The translations under genes and the position numbers were made by a program. Below the pieces are notes generated by a model. It had not been told where the DNA came from. It was given only the letters and a program-made list of their open reading frames with translations, and ran no database searches. From positions 124,001 to 188,000 of the forward strand of contig CDRNVI010000041.1 in NCBI GenBank assembly GCA_977017575.1: 64,000 bases of DNA. Direction: 5' to 3'. The stretch comes from Paramoeba atlantica. Its lineage: Eukaryota; Protista; Discosea. Shown in pieces: positions 11,876 to 21,605 of the stretch. How positions within the stretch are numbered: position 1 is the first letter of the stretch; each line of letters begins with the position of its first letter.

Positions 11876-12148
11876 CACGTTCAGCCTCTTTTACCCCGCC
11901 CCCCTACAGGTCTTGTATTTTGTCCGATTTTGGAAATATTTGGTATACTACCGTTTTTCGACCCAATCGTTCCGAATCCGAGGTCCTTTTCACTCGAGCG
12001 ACCCCCTCCCCCCCCTCACCAGGTAGGGGTCAAAAAAGCTAATCGCGACTTTTTTCGGGACATTTTTTCGAATTTTCCGGATGAATATGAGTAGTAAAGT
12101 AGGTCAGAAGACGTGGAAAAAGAGTACAAAGTAATCTCTAGTATTTAG

Positions 12149-12590
12149 TCATATGCCCTTTGGCCTCCTCGACCAAAAGTAAACGTTTACGATACTTCCG
12201 GAAGATATTCTTAAACGTTTCCGGTTGATCTTCGGAAACAAAACGAAAAGTTTCAATGATGGACCCCCGAAGTTGAGTCCTGTATCGATGCCACTTTCTT
12301 CATAAGCCAGTAAAATCTGTTCGGAGTTAACAGAAGCACCCTGTTCTCCCTCAAAGATGAAGAAGAACACACCGTAGTTATAGGAATACCCCATCCACAC
12401 CATTATCCCCCTCCCCCCAAAATGTTTTCCCCGCCGGTCCGATTGCCTCAGACGAGGTGCTCGCTTGCGACCGACGTAAAAGTCGGTGTTTGACCCCGCA
12501 CAGCAACTGAACAGTTTTTCGTCGGTAAAAACAATGTTTTTACCGAACAGTTTTTCAGCAACAAACAGTCTTTCAGCAACGAACAGTTTT
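12149..12590 (-). mobile_element. Tc1/mariner-type transposase fragment (first catalytic D region)
   Basis: IVFTDEKLF...HFGGRGIMVWMGYS...EGEQGASVNSEQ matches the Tc1 DDE pattern (FTDE..F, GG.GIMVW); 5' part replaced by an 18-bp x3 repeat. Confidence 0.7.
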
Positions 12591-12664
12591 TCGCGCCCCA
12601 TCCACTCATGGAGGCGTCCGCATACAAAATTACACGTCTATCATAATTTCTTGGTTGTAACGTA

Positions 12665-13390
12665 CATGGGTGGGCACCTTCATAGTGGGGGGGTCTAAAA
12701 TTTGTAAAACTTGTTCAGTTTTGGAAAGTAATAGCGCATTCGAGAGCTCTCAAACAGTCTGGTGTAATCGTAAAAAGCACTCTGCGAACGTTTACGGGAA
12801 TCAAAGAAAGCTAGAGTGGTCCCAAACACGAATTGCAACTTTATTTTTTAAGCCAAAAAGTCTATTTTTTACAAAAAAAAATTCAGTACCCACAACTTCC
12901 TCCTTTTTTCTCAATAACGAAGAAAGCGCTTGGAGACACTCTTTATAGTCCTCTCGCAAGTACTTTTGAGATCGGTTTGAAGTGCCTTGTGTGCACTCTC
13001 GATACAAGAGAGGAGATCTCCGCTACTTCAAAGTGGCGTGCTGTAGCATTGTAGGACCCAGTACGAAAATAATGGTCCACGAGAAGCATGCGATGCGACG
13101 GCTTTACCTTCCCAGGTGGTGAAGAAGAATCTATCTGGAAGGGAAACCGTGATATTCGCGATCGTACACGTTTTTGAGGCATTAACGGCGCAAAAAAACT
13201 GAAAAATTGCATCTTCGGGCAAAAATAAATTCTTTCTTTTTCTGTCATTTATCTCGAATGTCTAAAACCAGGAAACGGATGCTACCATTACACTGAAAAT
13301 ATTAAGAGCTCTCGAATGGGCTATTGCTTTCCAAAATTGGTCAAGTTTTACGAATTTTAGGCCCCCCCACTCTGAAGGCGCCCACCCCTG
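12665..13390. mobile_element. MITE, 726 bp, ~85-bp imperfect TIRs, TA TSD
   Basis: CATGGGTGGGCACCTTCATAGTGGGGGGGTCTAAAATT.. vs reverse complement CAGGGGTGGGCGCCTTCAGAGTGGGGGGGCCTAAAATT..; empty site TTGTAACGTATGTTTAAA at 24856-24873. Confidence 0.92.
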
Positions 13391-13529
13391 TATGTTTAAA
13401 TCTAATGGTTTGGACTTGAAGTAACCATGTCGAGATTTGACAGTGCACGCACTGCGGCATTTTTGGTTCTTTTTGAGATGCGTGGCTTGCCGTCGTGTAT
13501 ACTTAATTGCCCAATAAAAGTGTGGCAAA

Positions 13530-14400
13530 AAAAAACAAATAGCTAATTAATATTGTTAGCTAGGGAGGTGGGGTGCGCTATGCCCCTACACCTTAGGTAA
13601 TGCAATAAGGCGCCCCTTGACCCAAGAAAACCATTCCAACTTTTTAGGGTGGATTAAAAAATCAACACGCTCCAAAGATTATCCTGAATGGCATCTACCC
13701 TAGTTACTTAGTACCTCGTTACGTTCGGTACCGGGCGGTGCCATTCCGCGCTGTCAAAATGACAGCTACCCTAGTTATTTAGTGCCTTTTTTTGGCACGG
13801 GGTACTGTCATTTGAGGGGAGTATGGGGCGGGGCGGGGAGGGCGCAGCGGGGCAAATGGGGCGGCGAAGGGGACGGCGACGGGGGCGAAGAGGAGTGCAA
13901 CGCGGCGGCCAATGGGCGGTGAAAGATGACGGTGAGGAGGGCAGTGAAAGAGCGGCGGAGGGCGCAGCGCAGAGGGCGGCGGAGGGCGTAGCGCAGGGGG
14001 CGGCGGAGGGCGCAACGCAAGGGGCGTCGGAGGGGGCAATAGTAAGGAGTACAGGGGGGCGTCGGCGGGGGCAAAAGGCGGCGTCCGCGGCGGCAAAATG
14101 GGCGGCTAAAGAGGGGTTCTTCGTCCGGTAGGGGTGACGGGGCACATGTGGGAAATAGGTTTAGAAAATAAACAACAAGATACAGTACTCGCATAAATTA
14201 ATCATGCGATAGTGGTTTCAAGCACGTGGAAAGAGATTTTTTATTGGAATCTTGTTTAGAAATTTTTCAGTAAGATTATACGTGCGCTGTGCATGGTTGT
14301 ATTCAATGTCCAGGAATTCGTATGTTGTTCCGTTCGACGAATCAGTGAATTTGAAAGTCATTTTCAAAAACTGGGAACGATTTTCATTCTTATTTGTCAT
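13530..14400 (-). mobile_element. Putative non-autonomous retroposon family A: G-rich (+ strand) body ending in a CRE-like 3' motif; 5' limit uncertain
   Basis: Minus strand GGTCAAG-hairpin-GGGGCATAGCGCACCCCACC..AGCT at 13556-13626 resembles the CRE 3' UTR; interrupts an RT/RNase H remnant at ~13528. Confidence 0.5.
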
Positions 14401-14476
14401 ACGCTTATAAAGTTTAGTGGACGGTAGGGATAAATATTTGATGAAAAATTGATTTTTTTCGAAAAAGATTCAAATA

Positions 14477-14610
14477 CTGTACCCCCCCTACTTATCTGTC
14501 ACTATTTTTCGCGGAAAGATGACAGATAACTAGGGAGGTAGGGGTGTGACAGATAACTTGGCTGATCAGTGTGCGACAGATAACTAAGGGGGTTCTGTCA
14601 CAAAAAAAAG
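14477..14610. repeat. Probable DNA-transposon terminus with GACAGATAACT subterminal repeats (duplicate at ~25961-26095)
   Basis: TA|CTGTACCCCCCC start; GACAGATAACT at 14521, 14548 and 14575; inverted TTATCTGTCA at 14492. Confidence 0.55.
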
Positions 14611-15466
14611 TCAGAACATGGAAAAAAAAGTCACTGACCAGTCCCAAGTAGTCGTTAGGGGCGTTCAAACGCCCACAAGAGCGTCTCCTTACGCTGCCAT
14701 ATTGTACTGTCCACCAGAATGTTACCTTTCTGGGTGATCTACCGATGGGAAATGTTTCGATAGAGTGAATTGGTATGCCATGTTACTAAAGAAATTAATA
14801 AAATTATGCGCTCAGAGACGCTGAACATGACTTCAAACGTTCGAAAAATCTTTGTGAGCAATTTCGAAAAAAAATTATTTTTCGTTAAATATTTGTCCCT
14901 ACCTTCGGCCCATCATTCTGAGGTATAAATGTAAAAGCAGCGGCAAGTGTGTCTCGAAGGATACGGAGCATATGGGCATCCAACACGTTACCGTCTACGG
15001 CGGTTATACCCCGAGGGGCACGGAGACTATGAGCCTCGCTGCACAGAGAATGGTGTACTCCCAGGCGGGGACCAAGCGAATTTGTGCATGATAATTTGAT
15101 GGATCTTAAAAGATCGCACATAGATCTCGACAGAAAACTTTTCAGTTATTTAAAAGAATCATTTTTCGAAGAAAGAGATTTAGAGAATCGAAATAAAATC
15201 ACTTTTCTGGTCACTAAATGTACGTTGCTAAATGATTCAAAATAGATTGACCTACATGTAGATCTCTATGGATTAGTTTTATTACTTCTCAATACAGGTA
15301 TAAATATTACGTCACTTATCCTCATCATTTAAAGAAAACAAATAAATCACCTAGCAGGCTAAGGGACGGTACGCGCGATACCTTTCGTAGTCCTATTACA
15401 ACACGCTTTACCATTGTTAGCTTCAAATTCAAAGAACCTGCTTACATAGATACTTTCTTTTACAAA

Positions 15467-16819
15467 ATGGGTAAAGAAAAGATTCACATTAACCTGGTTG
15501 TCATCGGTCACGTCGACGCAGGAAAGTCTACTGCCACAGGCCACCTCATCTACAAATGCGGCGGTATCGACAAGCGAACGATTGAGAAGTTTGAAAAAGA
15601 AGCAGCAGAAATGGGTAAAGCATCATTTAAGTACGCCTGGGTTCTGGACAAGCTTAAGGCGGAACGCGAACGTGGTATTACGATCGATATTGCTTTGTGG
15701 AAATTCGAATCCCCGAAATGCGTTTTCACGATCATCGACGCCCCTGGACATCGTGACTTCATTAAAAACATGATTACGGGAACTTCCCAGGCCGATGCCG
15801 CTATTCTCGTCATCGCTTCCGGTACGGGTGAGTTCGAAGCTGGCATCAGCGGTGATGGTCAAACACGCGAGCACGCCCTCCTCGCATTCACGCTGGGTGT
15901 AAAGCAAATGATTGTAGCTGTGAACAAGATGGATGACAAGTCAGTGAACTACTCCCAGAGCCGCTTTGATGAGATCAAGAAGGAAGTATCTATGTACCTC
16001 AAGAAAGTTGGATACAACGTGGATAAGGTACAGTTCGTGCCTATTTCCGGGTGGATGGGCGATAACATGATTGAACAGTCCGCCAACATGTCGTGGTACA
16101 AAGGGCCAACTTTACTTCAAGCGCTCGACAACCTTGACGCCCCGGTCCGTCCCGTCGACAAACCCCTGCGTCTCCCTCTTCAGGACGTGTACAAGATCGG
16201 CGGCATTGGTACGGTGCCGGTAGGCCGTGTGGAGACGGGTGTGCTACGCCCAGGTGACGTTGTCACGTTTGCTCCGACGAACCTGACCACGGAGGTGAAG
16301 TCCATTGAAATGCACCACGAGGCGCTTCCGGAGGCTACCCCAGGCATGAACATTGGGTTCAACGTGAAAAATGTATCTGTAAAGGATATTCGCCGAGGAT
16401 ACGTGTGCGGTAACTCTAAACAGGACCCACCGAAGGAATGCGAGTCGTTTGTTGCTCAGGTCATTGTGCTCAATCACCCGGGTCAGATCTCCCAAGGCTA
16501 TGCTCCCGTGCTGGACTGCCACACGGCTCACATTGCGTGCAAGTTCTCCGAATTGGAGTCCAAGATCGATCGCCGCTCGGGTAAGGAGCTGGAAAAGAAT
16601 CCGAAGAGCGTGAAGAACGGTGACGCGGCTATGGTCCGAATGACACCGCAGAAGCCGATGAGCGTGGAGACGTTCACGGAGTACCCACCCCTCGGCCGTT
16701 TCGCTGTCCGGGATATGCGACAAACGGTGGCAGTGGGTGTGATCAAGCAGGTTCAGAAGAAAGAGCCCTCTGGCGGAAAGGTGACAAAGGCGGCGCAGAA
16801 GGCGCAAGGAAAGAAGTAA
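15467..16819 (+). CDS. TEF1: Translation elongation factor 1-alpha, copy 1
   Basis: [21 protein letters not shown]; full 450 aa, kinetoplastid-like; carries S399 where copies 2 and 3 have C. Confidence 0.99.
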   Translation: MGKEKIHINLVVIGHVDAGKSTATGHLIYKCGGIDKRTIEKFEKEAAEMGKASFKYAWVLDKLKAERERGITIDIALWKFESPKCVFTIIDAPGHRDFIKNMITGTSQADAAILVIASGTGEFEAGISGDGQTREHALLAFTLGVKQMIVAVNKMDDKSVNYSQSRFDEIKKEVSMYLKKVGYNVDKVQFVPISGWMGDNMIEQSANMSWYKGPTLLQALDNLDAPVRPVDKPLRLPLQDVYKIGGIGTVPVGRVETGVLRPGDVVTFAPTNLTTEVKSIEMHHEALPEATPGMNIGFNVKNVSVKDIRRGYVCGNSKQDPPKECESFVAQVIVLNHPGQISQGYAPVLDCHTAHIACKFSELESKIDRRSGKELEKNPKSVKNGDAAMVRMTPQKPMSVETFTEYPPLGRFAVRDMRQTVAVGVIKQVQKKEPSGGKVTKAAQKAQGKK

Positions 16820-17159
16820 GTCTTTTTCGTGACTTGTGTTAGTGGTAATATGGGCGAAGAAGCACGTTATTATTTGCAAGATTAGTTTTGTGATAGTTGT
16901 AGAATCAAGAGACATTGAAAAGTTATTTCTGAAAGAAGCCAAACTTTTTATTCCATTTTTTGTCAAGGAAATGAAGTACGCATTACAAAAGAATATCACT
17001 TAGATGATTGCTTATTTTTGTCATGTTAGAATTATAACTTGAAATACTTTTTGGCCGAAATTCTTTCTCTTATAATTCGCGTAGTACGACTATCAAAGGT
17101 GTTAAATATGCGAGAAAATATCCTTACTGCATATTTTATTGTTTTATTTTCTTATTTCA

Positions 17160-17750
17160 ATGTTTATCTTGGCGGCCGATAGTGGATCCTACCAAGGATC
17201 CAACAAAGTAAGCGGTACTCGGCTTCCTCCTGTATACGATCTAGTTCGTTTCACGGCGAATGTGACAGGTCTACTACCACATTGGAATGAAAGTACCCCC
17301 ATCGAGGAGTGGGTCGGCATACATTGCAACGAAAAAGGAGAAATTGTGAACATTATCTGGTCGGGCCACGGACTTGCAGGTACCCCATCATGGGAGTATC
17401 TCCCGGACACACTTGTTTCATTGGATTTAGGACCTTTTTGTGAAATGGTAAGGATTCTGAATAATCTGGACGGGCGAGTGCCGTTTCGGTCTCTTCCGTC
17501 AAAACTTGAAGACTTATCTCTTCGTGAAAATATGTTTTCAGGTTCTGTAGAGCTGTGTTTCTTGCCAAAGCAGTTGCGCTGCATGGATCTTGGCTTTAAC
17601 AATTTCGAAGGTGAAGTTATCTTCACACACTTACCTTCCTCTATGACCGTTTTGGATGTTGAAGGGAACGTGCAACTTAGAGGACGAATAGATGGTATGT
17701 CGCATAAATGTACTATTCGATTTTTGCAAACTCTTATTTCGAAGGCATAG
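17160..17750 (+). CDS. Short LRR protein with Trp/Cys N-cap (ORF track starts at TTG 17139)
   Basis: W.ESTPIEEWVGIHC cap, then L.G...W..LP..L..L.L..N.F.G repeats. Confidence 0.75.
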   Translation: MFILAADSGSYQGSNKVSGTRLPPVYDLVRFTANVTGLLPHWNESTPIEEWVGIHCNEKGEIVNIIWSGHGLAGTPSWEYLPDTLVSLDLGPFCEMVRILNNLDGRVPFRSLPSKLEDLSLRENMFSGSVELCFLPKQLRCMDLGFNNFEGEVIFTHLPSSMTVLDVEGNVQLRGRIDGMSHKCTIRFLQTLISKA

Positions 17751-18347
17751 TTTTCGTGTTTTGTCGTCGCGGATGCGCACCTCTTCTGTGGATGGCACAG
17801 TATGACGCGAGACGTTTTTTGTAATATTCATTTTCTTATCTAGATGCTTTGAAAACGGAGTGTAGAACATAGGATTCGACTATCGAATTAAATGTTTCTA
17901 TTGGGCATAGTGACAGAATTATTGATAAATTTAGGCTTTAATAATGATTATTATTAAAAAATTATTAGCGATTATTAATAATTATTAAGATGTTCTGAAC
18001 GATGCCCTGAGCGTGAAAAATTAAGGTTCAATCGGACACTATGGTACCAGGGAGCGCTTTATATACACTTTCAGTGCAACCATCAACCATTTACATGTAT
18101 ACTACGTTTCCAGTGCCATAAAAGTATTACAATAAAGTTTTTAACGTGTTCGTGACCCTTGGTTGATGCACACAATCGGACAATTCCCTGTCTTTCGCCG
18201 CACCCTTCCTTAGGCCACCTGCCGAACATTGTGTCAGTCCGAAAGAAAGTGAAATTTCCTCCCGTTAGATACATTTTTCCCATATACGGCCGCAAATTTG
18301 ATCTTTTCAAGTACCATTGAAGAATTTTTTTTACGTACTGATTCAGA

Positions 18348-18402
18348 CCCCCCCGTTTAAGCGCACTTTTCACGGAAAACGAGGTGCGCTTAAACGGGGG
18401 GG
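18348..18402. repeat. Perfect 19-bp inverted repeat with 17-nt spacer (micro-MITE or collapsed element)
   Basis: CCCCCCCGTTTAAGCGCAC / GTGCGCTTAAACGGGGGGG, followed by ACAG|TA. Confidence 0.85.
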
Positions 18403-18559
18403 GACAGTATTAATAATTATTAATAATTGGGAATTTTTTTATAATAGAAATTATTAATAATTTCTATTATAATAATTATTAACTGCCACTATGATGAATG
18501 GTTTTTACATTCATTATGAGTACTTCTTAGTAACGGCAATGGGCCCTCGACCACAGAAG

Positions 18560-19130
18560 ATACGCACCTGACTTTATCTTCCTGTTCAGGAAGCCAATAA
18601 ATAATACAATGGTGCTGTCAACCTTTCCCTACAGATTGTTGGTCGCGCGCCAAGGAGCTCAAGTAGGTGGGGTTCGCTAGGCCCCAACGTCGCCTAATTA
18701 GGCGATGCCCTTGACCATTTGGTGTGTGTGGATTTCGCCCTAGTTCTTTGGTGTCTTGTTTTTCTGACACCGGGCAACTCCGTCACGGGAAAGAGTGTTA
18801 CCCTAGTTGTTTGGTACCTTGCTTTGTTGGTACCGGGTAGACCTTTCCAAGAAAAGCGGCACAGGGGGCGGCACAAGGGGAAGCGCATCGGCGGCACAAG
18901 GGGCAGCGCATGGGCGGCACAAGGGGCGGTGAAGGGGCGGCCAAGAGGCTGGCGCGAGGGGTGGCCAAGAGAGCGGTAATGATGCCGGCGGGGGGTGGGG
19001 GGCGATGAGGGCAGCGGTAGCAGCACGGCGGTTTTCTTCTTCCGGGCGCTATAAAATCGCTATACTCCGGTGCGTAGTACGTATCAAAAGGGGAGGACAG
19101 TTCAGAGCTTAGAAGTTCGGTATCCATTGT
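18560..19130 (-). mobile_element. Putative non-autonomous retroposon family B, related to family A; limits approximate
   Basis: Ala/Pro-type G-rich body, shared TACCCTAGTT..GTACC..GGTACCGGG motif, and CRE-like 3' motif at 18655-18717. Confidence 0.5.
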
Positions 19131-19423
19131 TTTGTGTCCGAAGTGTGTTTGAGATATAATTTATATCATACAATGTATAAATTTTTCTACTATAGGTGAT
19201 CTATCTCCTACACAGCCACTATCTCCACATTTCTTAACTTTTATAGTTAGTCCACTTGTCACTGTTTATTGTGACTTTTACCTTATTGACAGTGTGTAGG
19301 TGTGTTCCCATATCTCTCGTTCTTCTCGATACGATTCTACCTATCACCTGTTTATCTAAAGTGTTCTAGTGATGCATACATTGTATGCTTTACAATAATG
19401 GGACTGATTGTAAATTATTTATT

Positions 19424-19830
19424 TTATTCCATAGAGTAACGTGTTGCAGTGAGTTCTGACATCCAGCGCCCTCTTCGAAGACGCGTGCTCAGATCAACTC
19501 CTTGCCATGTCAAGTGTCCAGCGCAGCCGTGGCGCAGACAGTGGAACGACCATGTTTGTTGGCCGTTCCATCCAAATCGCGCGGCCGCTATCAAGCGATT
19601 GGCTTGCACCTTATTCCAAGTCGGAAAGAGAAATTTCTACCAATTTTTATTAGTACATCGCTTCCGCTGATTTCCACATCTGATGTCTGAAGACCTACGA
19701 GTTCAGAGTGTCGCAAAAGGCCAAAGTAACCAATACGTAATCTCTCTCTGGTCAATACAATATGTGGATAGTACGCGAAGCTGGTCACGTGTGATGGAGC
19801 CATGCGGCTTGGGGTCTAAACAAATTTTGA
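19424..19830 (-). mobile_element. Degenerate tyrosine recombinase of a DIRS/VIPER/TATE-type retroelement
   Basis: GYFGLLRHSEL, SFHCLRHGCA, RRGRWMS, TRYS give the R-H-R-W-Y pentad across frameshifts; KPHGSITRDQL upstream. Confidence 0.85.
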
Positions 19831-19974
19831 GTTGTTTTGAGTCTCTATCAAATGTACGTGAAAACAATACTTTTCTAGTGTTCGATACGAATGCATACTT
19901 TACGTTCCACTCTTTCTTTCATACTTTATTTTAATTTTGGGGTTCAATGTTTATTCATCGCGCCTGCGTTAGCC

Positions 19975-20100
19975 ATGTCTAGGGAGGAATGGTTTCCCAC
20001 GGTCGCGATGTTGATTAGCTTTGCAGTTCCGGGCCTGGTGCCCCCTTTTTCCACAGTTCCAGCACGTTCCACCAGATGTACTGGAGACCGTTTATCTGAA
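19975..20100 (-). mobile_element. Gag-like CCHC zinc-knuckle remnant
   Basis: Minus-strand translation CWNCGKRGHQARNC at 20023-20064 (CX2CX4HX4C); not in the ORF track. Confidence 0.8.
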
Positions 20101-20227
20101 TCCATAATGGGTCTTTAAGTCCGGAGGAGCGCCGCGAGCGGATGCCCGTCCTTCGAGGTTCCGACTCGGACGAAAGTGATGCAGCTGCGACACCGCACGT
20201 GAATGCGCGGCGAGATGCGCAACAATG

Positions 20228-20700
20228 GACTTACATGTGTGTTGCTAGTCTCGGGAACGCGGGCTTCCCCCTTTGTGTTAGATGGAACGGCGTGTTGAAT
20301 AGGAATAAGATGTCTCTTACAACAGGGGTGGCCGCACAGACTCTTGTCCTTACAGGGGTGTTTACATGGTAGAATGTCAAGAGGTTGAGCGGACGGCGGA
20401 CTCGGAGCAATCTTACAGCAAGGATGGCCGCATTTTGATTTGTCATTACAAATACGTTTACATCAACGAGTTGTATTTATTGCGGTTTCATTCTTTTCAG
20501 GTGAACCTCTCATAGGAGCTTCAGGGCTGACTCGGTAGGCGTTCGGTACAGCACCGGTCAGAGAGGTTGCGGATGGGCTATCTACGTTGCGTGGTCTCTT
20601 ATAAGAGTCCTGCAACGCCTGTGAGGATTTCCCACTTTGTATGTGGCGAGGTCATAAAGGGGGTGGGGGGGAGTAGAGGGAAAAAAGCAAGGTACAGAAC
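20228..20700 (-). mobile_element. Degenerate 5' remnant of the RLE retrotransposon family at 52.3-58.0 kb
   Basis: Collinear nucleotide similarity to 57470-57950, including two Cys/His motifs and TTCTGTACCTTG at its 5' end. Confidence 0.88.
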
Positions 20701-21499
20701 CTTTTTTTCAATAATCGAGGGTACGGCGGTAGTTATACAGCCGCCGCAATAATTGTGATTAAGAGTCTTTTCCGACACCAAAAATCAGCGGCGTTTTCGC
20801 GGCTTCGGACACATGAATTCATGCGCTAGCTTGAGAATTTCAGTTAAAGTTTCTGTTGGCATATTGTACGAATCAGACCACTATTTCCGCACCGCGGAAC
20901 AAAGGTCATGATCATACGCTCGTGGCGCAGAGATACGTCTCTCTGTGTGACGGCCGATACCATCGGCGCATGACCCGCATACGACGGGTGTCACACAGAG
21001 AGTGGAGTGCGAGGTAGGAGACGAGACGCCCATCGGTCATGCTACAGCACGTATAGCCATGGTTCATGCTGCAACACGGTCAAGCCGTGGGTTCATGCTG
21101 TCAGATGGTCTATCGTGGATCATGATGCATCATGGGGAGGTCCGTTACCGCCGCACTCGCTACAGCATGTAGGGAGAGAGGGGTGCAAGTTCGCATCCCC
21201 TATACACGCATACAACGTGTCCTCCCGCTGTAGCACGCCCAGTGGTCCTCAAGGGAGGCCACCATGGCGCATAGCTCCCGGGAGAAGAAAGCACGAGAAG
21301 GAGAGAGCCGGGGAGGGAAGAAAGCTCACTCGAAGAGAGCGAGCCGGGGAGGGGTGAAGAGTGCGAAGTGCGTCCCCTACTTCCGCGACAAAGAGGGACA
21401 GTTCCAGCTAGCCGTCAGCCGGAAACGGGCATTTAAAAGTAAGAATATGCCCGTTTCCGGGAAAAGAAAGGAAGGGCTAGCAAAATGTACCAACAAGGT

Positions 21500-21603
21500 A
21501 CATGTTCCCGGTAGCGAACACGTAAATCGATTAAGTTGATATTCTCCCAGTGCTTGACGAATGCTGAAAGGGCGTTGTATTTTGCCATGGCCTCGCCTGA
21601 GTA
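21500..21603 (-). mobile_element. RNase H remnant (second half) of the YR retroelement
   Basis: SGEAMAKYNALSAFVKHWENINLIDLRV continues the RNase H that begins at 24740-25012 once 21606-24737 is removed. Confidence 0.7.
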
Positions 21604-21605
21604 TA

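Larger units (their letters stand above)
12592..15260. repeat. Segmental duplication copy A (copy B 24804-26746); copy A carries an extra MITE
   Basis: Near-identical sequence by eye over ~1.9 kb once 12665-13392 is removed. Confidence 0.92.

Noticed and set aside
11900-12110. Right TIR for the Tc1 fragment at 12149-12590
   Set aside because: No partner end survives, so the TA|CACG boundary cannot be confirmed
13771-14194. Pro/Ala/Arg-rich ORFs in several frames (also 25255-25678 and 18694-19127) as protein genes
   Set aside because: Low-complexity G/C-rich repeats lack stops in most frames; no domain evidence
15498-16999. Overlapping and antisense ORFs within EF-1alpha (repeated in all three copies)
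   Set aside because: Shadow frames produced by codon bias of a highly expressed gene; no motifs
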